NCBI GenBank assembly: GCA_044222155.1
Contig: JBGANT010000004.1
Location: 22,874 to 86,873 of the forward strand
Origin: Methylophilus sp.
GTDB lineage: Bacteria > Pseudomonadota > Gammaproteobacteria > Burkholderiales > Methylophilaceae
DNA length: 64,000 bases
Direction: 5' to 3'
In this document: piece by piece, positions 1 through 10,729 of the stretch
Numbering within the stretch: position 1 is the first letter of the stretch
Layout of the letters: the number at the start of each line of letters is the position of its first letter
Made by a program: the position numbers and the translations under genes
The notes under the pieces: generated by a model
Seen by the model: only the letters and a program-made list of their open reading frames with translations
Told to the model about the DNA's origin: nothing
Databases searched by the model: none

Positions 1-836
1 CAAGGGGCCTGGAACTTCGCACACGCACCAGTGGTGGAAGAGCTATTGTAAAAGCGGACGGCATGTTGCTGCGACAATCGCTCATGAATCTGGTGCATAA
101 TGCTTTACGCTACACCAAGCATGGTGGTGTGCTGATTGCTTGCCGCCGCCGTGGCGATGATTGGCAACTGGAAGTGTGGGATACCGGTGTCGGTGTTGCG
201 ATAGAAGACCAGAATAAAATATTTTCCCCCTTTTTTCGTAACGAATATGCCTGGAGAATCGACAGTGCCGGTCACGGCCTTGGGCTTGCTGTGGTTGCCC
301 GTTGCTGCAACCTGATGGGTAGCCAGTACGGCCTAACTTCGAAACTAGATAGCGGATCCCGTTTCTGGTTTAGAGTTCCCGCCATTACAAATCAGATGCA
401 ATCCATTCGCATTATCAATGTAACCCGGAATGCGGCATCACTTTCCAACATGGGCGAAAGTTTATCCGGAACTTGCCTGATTGTGGACGATGACCCACAA
501 GTCACCTCGGCATGGGAGCTTCTACTAAACACTTGGGGGTTGCAGGCCCGTTGCGCGTCCTCGGCTGCAGAGGCTTTTGCCTGGCTTGACAACGGCTTCC
601 AGCCTCAAGCCATTCTATGCGACCAGCGCCTACGCGCCGGTGAAAGCGGTTTTGATGTGTTGTGCGCATTGCTGGAACGCTGCCCGGACGCGCATGGTGC
701 AATGATTAGCGGTGAATTCAATTCGCCGGAACTGATAGAGGCCGAGCAAGAAGGATACCTTGTGCTGCACAAGCCTTTGGAGCCAGAGACTCTTTACGCC
801 CTGTTGTTGCGCTGGCTACCCATAAAAAATCAATAA
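1..836 (+). CDS. Hybrid sensor histidine kinase/response regulator, C-terminal part (HATPase_c + receiver); 5' end lies outside the window
   Basis: The frame is open from base 3 (RGLELRTR...). It has the N-box NLVHNALRYT, G1 DTGVG, G2 GHGLGL and receiver motifs LIVDDD and LCDQRL...HKP. Confidence 0.9.
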   Translation, partial: RGLELRTRTSGGRAIVKADGMLLRQSLMNLVHNALRYTKHGGVLIACRRRGDDWQLEVWDTGVGVAIEDQNKIFSPFFRNEYAWRIDSAGHGLGLAVVARCCNLMGSQYGLTSKLDSGSRFWFRVPAITNQMQSIRIINVTRNAASLSNMGESLSGTCLIVDDDPQVTSAWELLLNTWGLQARCASSAAEAFAWLDNGFQPQAILCDQRLRAGESGFDVLCALLERCPDAHGAMISGEFNSPELIEAEQEGYLVLHKPLEPETLYALLLRWLPIKNQ

Positions 837-855
837 AATACATTAAATATATATT

Positions 856-1794
856 TTAAATATTTGATTTAATGTATTTATTATTCAGTCTTACTGCCAG
901 CGTACTGACGCCTATCAAAGCGACGCCTATCACGACCAACGCAATCGGCCAACCCAAAGTGTTGGCAAAGTGCTTGGCAGTAAAATAGCCGATATACAGC
1001 AGCATGGCCAACGTGCCGACCAGTAGCAATGTACGGCTACGCACGTAGGTGCTGAGAAAAATAATGCCAGCAGTCACACCAAGATAAGCCAATTCCAGAG
1101 GCGTATTCTTGACTGCATCAAACACGGCGCATAGCAAAACAACCGCACCGACAAAATACCAGAATGGCGCGATAGCCAGATAACGCGAGCGTTGCAAGGC
1201 GTAGGCTATGCAAATCAGCGAGATGCCAATGACTATGCCAATCAAGTCTTCATCAAAGCCCCAGATATCAAACAGGTAAGCAAAGAAAATCATGCCGAAC
1301 AGAATCGCGCTAAAAGCCAGCACGGCACGCCCTTTCGCCCAGAACGTAGCACCCTGCTGGATAAGCATATACGCGGCCATAAACAGAATGCCGTGGCGCA
1401 CATCGCCGCCATTGGAATATTCTTGCAGCATGACCATGATGCCGGTCGGCTGTAATAACGCGGCAATCAAAAACAGCGGCGTTGCGGCCTTTTCGTAACG
1501 CTTGTCGTACAGGCACACCAGCCCCATGACAAACGTCACAAAGCCCGTGCCCAAGGTAACCAGCACGCGAGCCGCCGAGCCAAAGTCATCCCAATACATG
1601 GAGATAAATACACCAATGCCGGCAAACACAAAAATACCGCCGATATAACTGAATAGCTTAGACAGTACGCCGGAAGATTGCTGTTTGGTTTGCTCGCTTT
1701 GCGGCATGCTGAGTGCCCGAGCGATTTCCTCCGCCGTTATCTGATTGTGTCGCGCTAGCGCAACTATATCTTGCAAGGCATCTTCTTTCGACAT
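856..1794 (-). CDS. Multi-pass membrane protein (DUF2157-like)
   Basis: 312-aa ORF with a short soluble N-terminus followed by many hydrophobic helices, starting YIGGIFVFAGIGVFI. Confidence 0.7.
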   Translation of the reverse strand: MSKEDALQDIVALARHNQITAEEIARALSMPQSEQTKQQSSGVLSKLFSYIGGIFVFAGIGVFISMYWDDFGSAARVLVTLGTGFVTFVMGLVCLYDKRYEKAATPLFLIAALLQPTGIMVMLQEYSNGGDVRHGILFMAAYMLIQQGATFWAKGRAVLAFSAILFGMIFFAYLFDIWGFDEDLIGIVIGISLICIAYALQRSRYLAIAPFWYFVGAVVLLCAVFDAVKNTPLELAYLGVTAGIIFLSTYVRSRTLLLVGTLAMLLYIGYFTAKHFANTLGWPIALVVIGVALIGVSTLAVRLNNKYIKSNI

Positions 1795-1822
1795 GACGCG
1801 CTCCTAATCCGTTTTCACCGGC

Positions 1823-2407
1823 TTATTTCACTACCCAGCCCAGAAACTGCACGTTGTAATAGTAATAATCCGGCTGTAATCCTGGCACCTTGTAACCTAC
1901 CGCACCTTTTTTCAGCCGATACTCGTTACGGTAGCCGCCGCCAAACAAGCCACCAAGCAGCCCGCTGCCGCCATTGTAGTTCGGCCCTTCCAGGCTATAT
2001 CCGTCCGGTGAAACCGGGTTGGTGTCAATCACCATTTCTTTGGTCTCCTCCAGCACAATCTCGCCATTGCTGGCCGCTGCGCCAGTTTTGGCATTATCCA
2101 GCGTTATTTCGCGTACCGTTTCTGTTTTGCCGTTATACGCCATCAATCTTACCGAATTACCGTTGTTGTTCTTATCATCCAGTTTTTTGGCTGACACCAT
2201 CAGTTTCTTGTCTTTTACTTTAAAATCAATTACATAATCCGGTGATTTCTGATATTCATATTTAGTTGCGCTAAACAGCATCTCATATTGCGGCGGTGTG
2301 CCCAGCGCCTTGGGAATCACTGACGCTACAAAAAACAGTACAATCAGCAGCAGCGGCAAGGTCAGCCCCACCACCAGTACCAGATTCTCTTTGATCCAAT
2401 TCTTCAT
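1823..2407 (-). CDS. Hypothetical membrane-anchored protein
   Basis: The ATG at 2407 overlaps the miaA stop (ATGA). One N-terminal TM helix is followed by a soluble domain with a Gly-rich patch. Confidence 0.7.
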   Translation of the reverse strand: MKNWIKENLVLVVGLTLPLLLIVLFFVASVIPKALGTPPQYEMLFSATKYEYQKSPDYVIDFKVKDKKLMVSAKKLDDKNNNGNSVRLMAYNGKTETVREITLDNAKTGAAASNGEIVLEETKEMVIDTNPVSPDGYSLEGPNYNGGSGLLGGLFGGGYRNEYRLKKGAVGYKVPGLQPDYYYYNVQFLGWVVK

Positions 2408-3357
2408 AAAGACTCCCGCATAAAATCCGTGATGCAATGCAATACTATCTCATGCATGTTTGGGTTCAGGCAATCCACCTGCACCACATGCTCCATACCT
2501 CTCAACCAGGTCAATTGGCGCTTCGCCAGTTGCCGCGTCGCGTAGATACCGCGGTTCAGCAATTCGCCGGCATCGTACTCGCCGCGCAGATGCTCCCACA
2601 CCTGCCGATAGCCCACACACCGCATGGCAGTGCTTTCCGGCGTCAAGGCAGGATATTTCGCCAACAGCCCTTTCATTTCTTCTATCAAGCCTTGCTTCAG
2701 CATAGTCGCAAAACGCTCGGCGATACGCGTATGCAGCACTTTCCTGTCGCCAGGCACCAAAGCGATCTTCAACACATCGTAAGGCAAGGTCTCGGTATGC
2801 TGCTTTGCCAGCAAGGCCGACATGGGCTGGCCGGTGATTTGATAAATCTCCAGCGCACGCTGAATGCGCTGGGAATCGTTCACCTTCAAGCGGGACGCGG
2901 TTTCCAGGTCGATCTGCGCAAGCTTGTCATGCATGCCCGGCCAGCCGATTTGCGCGGCTTCCGCATCCAACTTTGCACGTACATCCGCATCCGCCTGCGG
3001 CAAGTCGCTCAAACCCTCCTCCAGCGCCTTGAAATATAGCATCGTACCGCCCACCAGCAAGGGAGTCTTGCCGCGCGCAGTGATTTCCGCCATCAGGCGC
3101 AGCGCATCCGCGCGAAACTGCGCGGCAGAATAAGGCACCAGGGGAGATGTCACGTCAATTAAATGATGGGGCGCTTGTTTGCGCGTCTCAGCATCCGGCT
3201 TGGCGGTGCCGATGTCCATATCCTGAAACACCAGCGCAGAATCCACACTGATGATTTCCACCGGCAGCCTGGAATATAAATAAACCGCTGCACCGGTCTT
3301 GCCGGACGCGGTGGGACCCATCAGAAAAATGGCTTTAGGAAATGATTGATTTAACAT
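2404..3357 (-). CDS. miaA: tRNA dimethylallyltransferase
   Basis: Motifs [24 protein letters not shown] and [11 protein letters not shown]. Confidence 0.97.
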   Translation of the reverse strand: MLNQSFPKAIFLMGPTASGKTGAAVYLYSRLPVEIISVDSALVFQDMDIGTAKPDAETRKQAPHHLIDVTSPLVPYSAAQFRADALRLMAEITARGKTPLLVGGTMLYFKALEEGLSDLPQADADVRAKLDAEAAQIGWPGMHDKLAQIDLETASRLKVNDSQRIQRALEIYQITGQPMSALLAKQHTETLPYDVLKIALVPGDRKVLHTRIAERFATMLKQGLIEEMKGLLAKYPALTPESTAMRCVGYRQVWEHLRGEYDAGELLNRGIYATRQLAKRQLTWLRGMEHVVQVDCLNPNMHEIVLHCITDFMRESL

Positions 3358-3913
3358 TGTTAGTTAAATTTAGCCACGCAAGCACACGCGCAGCATTTTC
3401 ATTGGGTGGGAAAACCGGGTAAAACACTTTACAAATCTTCCTGTCTTTAATAACAAGCGTTAGTCGTTTAATCAACTGTAAGTCGTTATATTCGAAAGTC
3501 GGCAACCTTAACGCTTGTGCAAAAGCCAGCGATGCATCGTTTAGTAATTCAAACGGCAAATGCAGGCGCGCAACAGCCTCAATCTGGTCATCATAGACTT
3601 GTGCGCTCAGCCCATAAACTTTAACGTCCAAGGCCTGAAAATCTGCATGTATATCTCGAAATGCACATGACTGCGGCGTGCAGCCACGTGCGCCGGGAAT
3701 TTCATTCCAGCCTGTCATTGGCGGCGCATCCGGTCTTCCAATCATTGGGTAGATATAAATAACGGCGATACCTTGCACCTTACTCAAATCAACCTGAAGT
3801 CCGGAAGTGCTTAAAAGTACCATTGAGGGCAAGTCGCATCCTTCAAGATGGTCGCAAGCACCATCGTCCACAGGCACAGGCAAATTCGGCGGCAATTCTA
3901 GCAAATGCTTCAC
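3335..3913 (-). CDS. Peroxiredoxin (AhpC/TSA, BCP-like)
   Basis: Peroxidatic motif [15 protein letters not shown] and C-terminal KRLTLVI...[11 protein letters not shown] start. Confidence 0.85.
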   Translation of the reverse strand: MKHLLELPPNLPVPVDDGACDHLEGCDLPSMVLLSTSGLQVDLSKVQGIAVIYIYPMIGRPDAPPMTGWNEIPGARGCTPQSCAFRDIHADFQALDVKVYGLSAQVYDDQIEAVARLHLPFELLNDASLAFAQALRLPTFEYNDLQLIKRLTLVIKDRKICKVFYPVFPPNENAARVLAWLNLTNNVKSIIS

Positions 3914-3916
3914 AGG

Positions 3917-5704
3917 CTATTTCCCGCGCATAAACATTTTATCGAGGTCTTGTATTGAAACCTGAAACCACGTCGGGCGGCCATGATTGCATTGCCCGCT
4001 GCGCTCGGTGGCTTCCATGTCGCGCAGCAGCGCGTTCATTTCGGGGATGGTGAGGCTGCGATTGGCGCGCACGGCAGCGTGGCAGGCCATGGTGCCTAGC
4101 ATTTCGTTGCGTCGCTCAGTCAGCACACGGCTGCCGCCGAATTCGCGCACATCGCGCAGCACAGCGCGTGCAAGCTCGACCACATCAGCGTTTTGCAACA
4201 TCACCGGCACCGCGCGCACCGCCAGCGTGGTGGGCGAAAGCACGGCAAACTCAAAACCTAGTTGATTAAGTACGGTATCTTTGGATTCGTTTACAGTGGC
4301 GATTTCCAGCTTGTCCGCCTGAAAACTCACCGGAATCAGCAAAGGCTGCGTGGGTATACGCTCAGCATCCAACGCAGTCTTTAACCGCTCGTACATGATG
4401 CGCTCGTGCGCGGCATGCATATCCACCACGACCAGGCCCTGCGCGTTCTGCGCCAGCACATACACCCCATGCAGCTGCGCGACGGCATAGCCCAAAGGAT
4501 GTGCGATTTCGGCAGCATGCGCTTCCGAGGGCGTATCGGCATCGCTGGGATCCGCATGGATATTGGCTTGCAGGGCAGGCGTTTTGATGTCTGCAAACAT
4601 CGTCTCATAAAACGATGCATTTTGGCGTGCCTGAAACGGCATCTGCACTTGATCGCGCGGATAATTCCATTGCGGTGCAGTTGGTGTCTGTGTTTCTGTG
4701 TACGCTACCGCTTGCCCCACCGGCGCGCTCAAAACTTTATGCAGTGCGTGAAAAATAAAGCGATGCACAGCCTGCCCATCCCTGAATCTCACCTCGGTCT
4801 TGCTGGGGTGCACATTCACATCCACCATACTGGGGTCACACTCAAAAAACAATACATAGGCCGGATGACGTTCATGATGCAGGACATCCTGATAGGCTTG
4901 GCGAATCGCGTGGCTGATCAGTTTATCGCGCACAAAACGGCCGTTGACGTACACATACTGCGTGTCGCGCGCGCTGCGGTTGTAGGTGGGCTTGGCCGCC
5001 CTGCCCCATAGCCGCAAACCGCCTGCGGATTCATCCACCGCGACACTCTCCGATTGAAACTCCGCTCCCAGCAAGGCTGCAAAACGTTTATCGGCCTCGC
5101 CGGCACTTAAACGATGTTGCGCTTTGCCATTGTGCAGCAGCGTGAACGTGACCTCCGGGCGCGAGAGCGCGATACGGGTAAAGGCTTCTTCGCAATGGCC
5201 GAATTCTGTCGCCTCGGTTTTGAGGAATTTTCGGCGCGCGGGCGTGTTGAAGTACAGGTCATGCACTTCCACCACCGTGCCTGCATCCAAAGCAGCAGGC
5301 TCCGGTGGGGCGATCTGGTTGCCTTCGGAGGCGATGCGCCATCCATGCGGCGCATCCGGCGATTTTGACGTAAGCAAGGTACGCGAAACCGAAGCGATGC
5401 TGGCCAAAGCCTCGCCGCGAAACCCAAGGCTGGCGACATTTTCTAAATCTTCCAATGTGGAGATTTTGCTGGTGGCGTGACGGGAAAGCGCAAGCGGCAT
5501 ATCGCCCTGCGCAATGCCGCTACCGTTATCGGCAATGCGAATCTGTTTGACGCCACCTTGCAAAAGCGAAACCTGAATATCGCTGGCCCCCGCATCCAGG
5601 CTGTTTTCCAGCAATTCCTTAAGCGCTGAGGCCGGACGTTCGACCACCTCGCCGGCTGCAATCTGGTTGATCAGCTGATCAGGTAAAAGCCGGATGCGCA
5701 TCAA
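3917..5704 (-). CDS. mutL: DNA mismatch repair endonuclease MutL
   Basis: Motifs NQIAAGEVVERPAS, GFRGEAL, DMHAAHER and CNHGRP. Confidence 0.98.
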   Translation of the reverse strand: MMRIRLLPDQLINQIAAGEVVERPASALKELLENSLDAGASDIQVSLLQGGVKQIRIADNGSGIAQGDMPLALSRHATSKISTLEDLENVASLGFRGEALASIASVSRTLLTSKSPDAPHGWRIASEGNQIAPPEPAALDAGTVVEVHDLYFNTPARRKFLKTEATEFGHCEEAFTRIALSRPEVTFTLLHNGKAQHRLSAGEADKRFAALLGAEFQSESVAVDESAGGLRLWGRAAKPTYNRSARDTQYVYVNGRFVRDKLISHAIRQAYQDVLHHERHPAYVLFFECDPSMVDVNVHPSKTEVRFRDGQAVHRFIFHALHKVLSAPVGQAVAYTETQTPTAPQWNYPRDQVQMPFQARQNASFYETMFADIKTPALQANIHADPSDADTPSEAHAAEIAHPLGYAVAQLHGVYVLAQNAQGLVVVDMHAAHERIMYERLKTALDAERIPTQPLLIPVSFQADKLEIATVNESKDTVLNQLGFEFAVLSPTTLAVRAVPVMLQNADVVELARAVLRDVREFGGSRVLTERRNEMLGTMACHAAVRANRSLTIPEMNALLRDMEATERSGQCNHGRPTWFQVSIQDLDKMFMRGK

Positions 5705-6900
5705 TCTTGCAACAAGGTTTCAATGCGGTTGCGCCCCGCATTCTTGGCCTTGAACAAAGCTTTGTCCGCGCGATCTATCATCTGCTCGGCATTGTCATGT
5801 GGCGCCATTGCGGTGAGGCCAAACGAGGCGGTAATGGAAATAAGCTCATTCTCAAACATGAACTTCTGGTTCTCAATTAATTGGCGCAAACGTTCCACCA
5901 GATATTGCGCAGCGTGGATATCCGTCATAGGTAGCAAAATCAGGAACTCCTCGCCTCCGTAGCGCGCCACGATGTCGTCTTGACGTAATTCATTCTTGAC
6001 CACGAAAGCAACCGTACGCAACACGTCATCACCTGCCGCGTGACCATAAGTGTCGTTGACTTTCTTGAAATAATCTACATCCATAACGACCAGACAGCAG
6101 CTGAGGTGATGTCTTTTGGCACCCGGCAACATGCTCTTGATGCGCTGGATGATATAACGGCGTGTATATAGCCCTGTCAATTCATCGTGCATCGCAAGCT
6201 CTTTGAACTTGGTCTGCAGATCCAGCAGTTCCTGGTTTCTCATCACCAAATTAAAATTCGTTTCCTCGATCCGTTTGTTCAGCGCCTCAAGCTCTTTGGT
6301 ATAGTCAATGTTAAGGTAGCGGTTCTCAATCTGACCCACAATGTAGCGATGCGTCATCCAGGCAAAATAGATACAGGAGCCCACTAGGCCTATGAGGCCG
6401 AAGGCCCACCAGGCATACTTGTCAAAATTGGCAATAAAATATGCCAGGGTCAATATGCTGGCGGGGATGATAAAACAGAGCAAGCCGTTCAGGGAGGCCG
6501 ACATGGTGGAGGATGCAAACGCCATGACAATGGCAATGCATACCGCCACGCGGTAATCATCCGCTGCCGGCATTCGGGCATCTAGCAATAAAGTAAACGA
6601 TAAACCCCAGGCCACACCAACCAGCATATGGAGCAATTGCTGGCGGTTCTTAAAGAAATCCACCTCTTTAGGTGTCATGTCCACCTTAAACTGATACGAG
6701 GTATAGACGATATAAGCATCTATCAGCAACACCATCAACATCCAGACAACAATACGATATAGGCTGACGTTCCCGTAAAAACTCAGCGCCAGGTAAGGTA
6801 CCAGAGCCGCGGCACAGAATACCCCCACCCGGGATTGGCTCAAGTATGTCCCGACCAATTCGGCGCGTACTCGCTCTTGTACTGTATGATGTTGCATCAT
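5701..6900 (-). CDS. Membrane-bound diguanylate cyclase
   Basis: N-terminal TM helices, a coiled coil, DELTGL, DVDYFKKVNDTYGH, RQDD I-site and an intact GGEEF. Confidence 0.93.
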   Translation of the reverse strand: MMQHHTVQERVRAELVGTYLSQSRVGVFCAAALVPYLALSFYGNVSLYRIVVWMLMVLLIDAYIVYTSYQFKVDMTPKEVDFFKNRQQLLHMLVGVAWGLSFTLLLDARMPAADDYRVAVCIAIVMAFASSTMSASLNGLLCFIIPASILTLAYFIANFDKYAWWAFGLIGLVGSCIYFAWMTHRYIVGQIENRYLNIDYTKELEALNKRIEETNFNLVMRNQELLDLQTKFKELAMHDELTGLYTRRYIIQRIKSMLPGAKRHHLSCCLVVMDVDYFKKVNDTYGHAAGDDVLRTVAFVVKNELRQDDIVARYGGEEFLILLPMTDIHAAQYLVERLRQLIENQKFMFENELISITASFGLTAMAPHDNAEQMIDRADKALFKAKNAGRNRIETLLQD

Positions 6901-6907
6901 CTTCCTG

Positions 6908-8272
6908 TCAGGGTTTTGCCGCTAAAGCCGGGTTGCCGGCAAAGTATTGTTTGATGCCTGCGACAATCGCATCCACCAGTTTATCCTGATACGCATCATC
7001 ATTCAGGTTACGTTCTTCTTCCGGATTACTGATAAAAGCCGTCTCCACCAAAATGGATGGGATGTCAGGAGATTTGAGCACGGCAAATCCTGCCTGCTCC
7101 ACACGGGTTTTATGCAGCTTATTCACCTGCCCGATATGTTTTAATACTGCCTTGCCCAATTTCAGGCTGTCGTTGATAGTAGCTGTTTGCGACAAATCCA
7201 GCAAAGTTTTGGCCAACAAAGGATCCTTATCGTCCAAACTCACCCCGCCTATCAGGTCAGACTCATTCTCTTTCTTGGCAAGATAACGCGCGCTGGCACT
7301 CGTAGCCCCACGCTCCGAAAGCGCAAACACTGAAGACCCGCGTGCAGAAGTATTGGTAAATGCGTCTGCATGAATCGAAATAAACAGATCGGCCTTCAAT
7401 TTGCGCGCTTTCACGACACGGCCGTGTAAAGGGATAAAGTAGTCCCTATCGCGAGTTAATATCGCCCGATACTGTGATTCCGCGTCCAGTTTCGCTTTAA
7501 GTTTCTTTGCCACCATCAGAGTAATATCCTTTTCATAACTGCCGTTGGCTCCTCTGGCTCCCGGATCTTCCCCACCGTGCCCGGCATCCACTGCGATAGT
7601 AATAAAGCGCCCTTCCTTGTTCGCCATCCCCTCATCAATGACAGGCTGCTGCTCCGAGACTGTAGACGGAGCCGGCTGTACCGACGTTTCCTGTGTAGGC
7701 TTGAGCTCCGGCTTATTCACAGGCTCTGCGGCTGGCTCGACTTCACCAGTACCAGGTGGCAAAGGCTCTACGATAGGCTTGGGCTGATCGGTATCTGCTT
7801 TATTGCCATCCGTTGCTTCCAAGCGTTTATCCAGCATCGCCATCAGCGGGTCCTGCAATGGGTAAATATCCAGTACCAGCCGATGTTTATAATCCCCCGC
7901 CGGTGGAAGCATGAACACATTGGGCTTTACTTCTGACTTCAGATCCACCACCAACCGCACGACGTCGGCTTTGTACTTGGCTACCCGCACTTGCTGTATG
8001 TATGGATCGCTGGACAAAATCTTGTCAGAAAGCGATTTGACAACATTATTGAGTTCAACACCTTCCAGATCAAGCACCAGCCGATCCGGATTCTTGAGCA
8101 CCAACACCTGGTAACGAATAGGCGCAACAGCCTCCAGTGCAATGCGAGTGTAATCCTGTGCGGGCCAGACGCGCGCTGCCGAGATGGTATTGCCTGCCAA
8201 CGCCCCGCCGGACAAGAAAAACAAAACCGCAGTCAAAAAAAACCTAAATAAAAATGTACTTCTATTGCGCAT
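6908..8272 (-). CDS. amiC: N-acetylmuramoyl-L-alanine amidase (AMIN + Amidase_3)
   Basis: Signal peptide, RVWPAQDYTR AMIN domain, DAGHGGEDPGA, SIHADA and VETAFISN. Confidence 0.9.
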   Translation of the reverse strand: MRNRSTFLFRFFLTAVLFFLSGGALAGNTISAARVWPAQDYTRIALEAVAPIRYQVLVLKNPDRLVLDLEGVELNNVVKSLSDKILSSDPYIQQVRVAKYKADVVRLVVDLKSEVKPNVFMLPPAGDYKHRLVLDIYPLQDPLMAMLDKRLEATDGNKADTDQPKPIVEPLPPGTGEVEPAAEPVNKPELKPTQETSVQPAPSTVSEQQPVIDEGMANKEGRFITIAVDAGHGGEDPGARGANGSYEKDITLMVAKKLKAKLDAESQYRAILTRDRDYFIPLHGRVVKARKLKADLFISIHADAFTNTSARGSSVFALSERGATSASARYLAKKENESDLIGGVSLDDKDPLLAKTLLDLSQTATINDSLKLGKAVLKHIGQVNKLHKTRVEQAGFAVLKSPDIPSILVETAFISNPEEERNLNDDAYQDKLVDAIVAGIKQYFAGNPALAAKP

Positions 8273-8296
8273 CCGTTTGTGTTCATTCAGCGGGCA

Positions 8297-8770
8297 TTAA
8301 GTGCCCATTATCTGATTTATACATGATTCTGCTGCAGCCGTCCTTGCCGACAACTGCAATTGGCGCCCCGCTCTCGTTGTCATCAGTGCTATTTTAATCT
8401 CAAAATCCGGTTCCGGTAACATGTGTGGCGCCCTTTCCGGCCACTCTACCACGCATACGCTAGCGTCATTGAAATAATCACGGAAGCCTGCCGCCTCCCA
8501 CTCGTTTTCATCTGTAAATCTATATAAATCAAAATGATATAGATTAAATCTAGAAAAAACATAAGGTTCTACTAAAGTATAGGTCGGGCTTTTTACCTTC
8601 CCTTGCAAACCCAAGCCTTGCAGCATGCCACGCACCATGGTGGTTTTCCCTGCACCTAAATCCCCATGCATGAACACCACGCACCCCGGCTGCAAGCAAG
8701 ATGCGATTTTGCTCCCCGCCTTCAGCGTTGCCGCTTCATCCGGCAATTCAAGTGTAAAATCCTCACTCAT
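8297..8770 (-). CDS. tsaE: tRNA threonylcarbamoyladenosine biosynthesis ATPase
   Basis: Motifs GDLGAGKTT, VKSPTYTLVE and HFDLYR. Confidence 0.96.
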   Translation of the reverse strand: MSEDFTLELPDEAATLKAGSKIASCLQPGCVVFMHGDLGAGKTTMVRGMLQGLGLQGKVKSPTYTLVEPYVFSRFNLYHFDLYRFTDENEWEAAGFRDYFNDASVCVVEWPERAPHMLPEPDFEIKIALMTTRAGRQLQLSARTAAAESCINQIMGT

Positions 8771-9860
8771 GAATCACACCAACGATTACAGTCAGTTTGC
8801 CGCCGACATCAAACAACTTGGCGTAGCACTTGGCTTTACGGAGATCGGCATTAGCGACACCGATTTGACCGAGGCGGAACTCAGGCATCAAGCTTGGATA
8901 AAAAAAGGCTTTCATGGTGACATGGATTATATGGCAAAACATGGCACCAAGCGCACCCGCCCTGCCGAATTAGTGCCAAATACCTTGCGCGTAATTTCGG
9001 CGCGTCTGGATTATTTACCACCCAAAACTGCCGACAGTTGGCAGGTGATGAAAAATGGCGAGAAAGCGTTTATTTCACGCTATTCATTGGGGCGCGATTA
9101 TCACAAAGTGATGCGGCAAAAACTGCAAAAACTCTGCGATAAAATCGCTGAAATTTCACCCGAATTTACATATCGCGTATTCACCGATAGCGCGCCAGTA
9201 CTAGAGGTGGCGCTTGCCGAGAAAGCCGGGCTGGGTTGGCGCGGTAAACATACGTTGCTGATTAACAAGGCGCGTGGCTCCTGGTTCTTTTTAGGCGAAA
9301 TTTACACCAACCTGCCACTGCCGATTGACGCCAAAACCAGCAACCACTGCGGCACGTGTTCGGCATGTATCGACATCTGTCCCACCAAAGCCATCGTCGC
9401 GCCTTACGAAGTGGATGCAAGGCGCTGCATTTCTTACCTCACCATCGAGCTGAAAGGCTCGATTCCATTGGCTTTCAGGTCGATGATTGGCAACCGCGTG
9501 TATGGCTGCGACGATTGCCAATTGGTGTGTCCGTGGAACAAATTTGCGGAAGTCGCGCAAACACCGGATTTCAAGGTGCGCAACGGTTTGGATGACATTA
9601 GCTTGGTGGAATGTTTTGGCTGGAGCGAGGCGGAATTTAAGCAGAAAATGGCGGGCAGCGCGATTTACAGAATCGGCTACACGCAATGGCTACGCAACAT
9701 TGCCGTTGGATTAGGCAATGCACCTACTAGCATTGCAATAATCCAAGCTTTAGAAAACCGAAAAGATGATCCCAGCCCGCTAATCAGAGAACATGTTGCG
9801 TGGGCGCTCGGCCAGCATCAAGCCGATGCCAGCAAAGCCGCACCTAGCATGCCAGCCTGA
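8769..9860 (+). CDS. queG: Epoxyqueuosine reductase
   Basis: Motifs GRDYHKV, DSAPVLE, CGTCSACIDICP and GCDDCQLVCPWN. Probable start is the ATG at 8769 (MNHTND). Confidence 0.95.
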   Translation: MNHTNDYSQFAADIKQLGVALGFTEIGISDTDLTEAELRHQAWIKKGFHGDMDYMAKHGTKRTRPAELVPNTLRVISARLDYLPPKTADSWQVMKNGEKAFISRYSLGRDYHKVMRQKLQKLCDKIAEISPEFTYRVFTDSAPVLEVALAEKAGLGWRGKHTLLINKARGSWFFLGEIYTNLPLPIDAKTSNHCGTCSACIDICPTKAIVAPYEVDARRCISYLTIELKGSIPLAFRSMIGNRVYGCDDCQLVCPWNKFAEVAQTPDFKVRNGLDDISLVECFGWSEAEFKQKMAGSAIYRIGYTQWLRNIAVGLGNAPTSIAIIQALENRKDDPSPLIREHVAWALGQHQADASKAAPSMPA

Positions 9861-10729
9861 TCACCACAGCGCGATATTTCAACGCACACTTTTCCGCGTA
9901 GCACGGGAATCAAATCCGCATCCAGCCTGGTATCGAAAGCTGGCTTCATCAAATCCCAGGCCTGCGCCATACCGCCGCCAATCACCACATTAGGAATATC
10001 CACTACTTTCAGCACATGTGCCAAGCCGGTGGCAAGTGACTCTGCAGCCATATTGTAGGCCTTAATGGCCGCTTGGTCACCCACATGAGCCAAATCGGCA
10101 ATCTCATGTGCGGTATGTTTCTTTCCGGTTTGATGGAAATAACTTTCTGCAACACCGTTGGCAGAAGCGTATTGCTCAAGGCAGCCCTGGTTGCCGCATC
10201 CACATTGCCTTCCAGCCGGGTGTGTGATGATATGCCCCACTTCCATCGCGCATCCGTGCTGGCCAACAAAAGGTTTGCCATCCCAAATCAGGCCACCGCC
10301 CACACCAGTGCCCAAACCGAAGTAAATTAAACCGGTATCCGGATTGCCCAGCAGGCAATACTCGCCGTATGCCGCCGCATTGGCGTCGTTCTCTACAATC
10401 ACCTTACGCTGCAACACCTGTTCCAGATCGCAGGCCAGATTGATATTGCGTAGCCCAGGGAAATTAGGCGATTGGGCAATTGTCTGCGTCCGTGGATCAA
10501 TAAAGCCAGGGAAGCCTATGCCTATCGCCCGGATATCAGAATATTGGTCGATGGCATGGATCGCGTCGACAATCGTCTTGAGAATCAACTGCCATGCGGT
10601 TTCAGGTGGGTTTTGGTGACAGATGCCGGAGAAATCTGCGTGGAAACGCTGTTCATGTACCAGCCTCAATCCATCAAACACGCCAAGACGCAGATTGGTG
10701 CCGCCAATATCGATACCAACGGCTTTCAT
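9818..10729 (-). CDS. ROK family sugar kinase (glucokinase-like)
   Basis: Motifs GIDIGGT, ENDANAAA, GTGVGGG, EVGH and CGCGNQGCLE. Confidence 0.92.
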   Translation of the reverse strand: MKAVGIDIGGTNLRLGVFDGLRLVHEQRFHADFSGICHQNPPETAWQLILKTIVDAIHAIDQYSDIRAIGIGFPGFIDPRTQTIAQSPNFPGLRNINLACDLEQVLQRKVIVENDANAAAYGEYCLLGNPDTGLIYFGLGTGVGGGLIWDGKPFVGQHGCAMEVGHIITHPAGRQCGCGNQGCLEQYASANGVAESYFHQTGKKHTAHEIADLAHVGDQAAIKAYNMAAESLATGLAHVLKVVDIPNVVIGGGMAQAWDLMKPAFDTRLDADLIPVLRGKVCVEISRCGDQAGMLGAALLASA

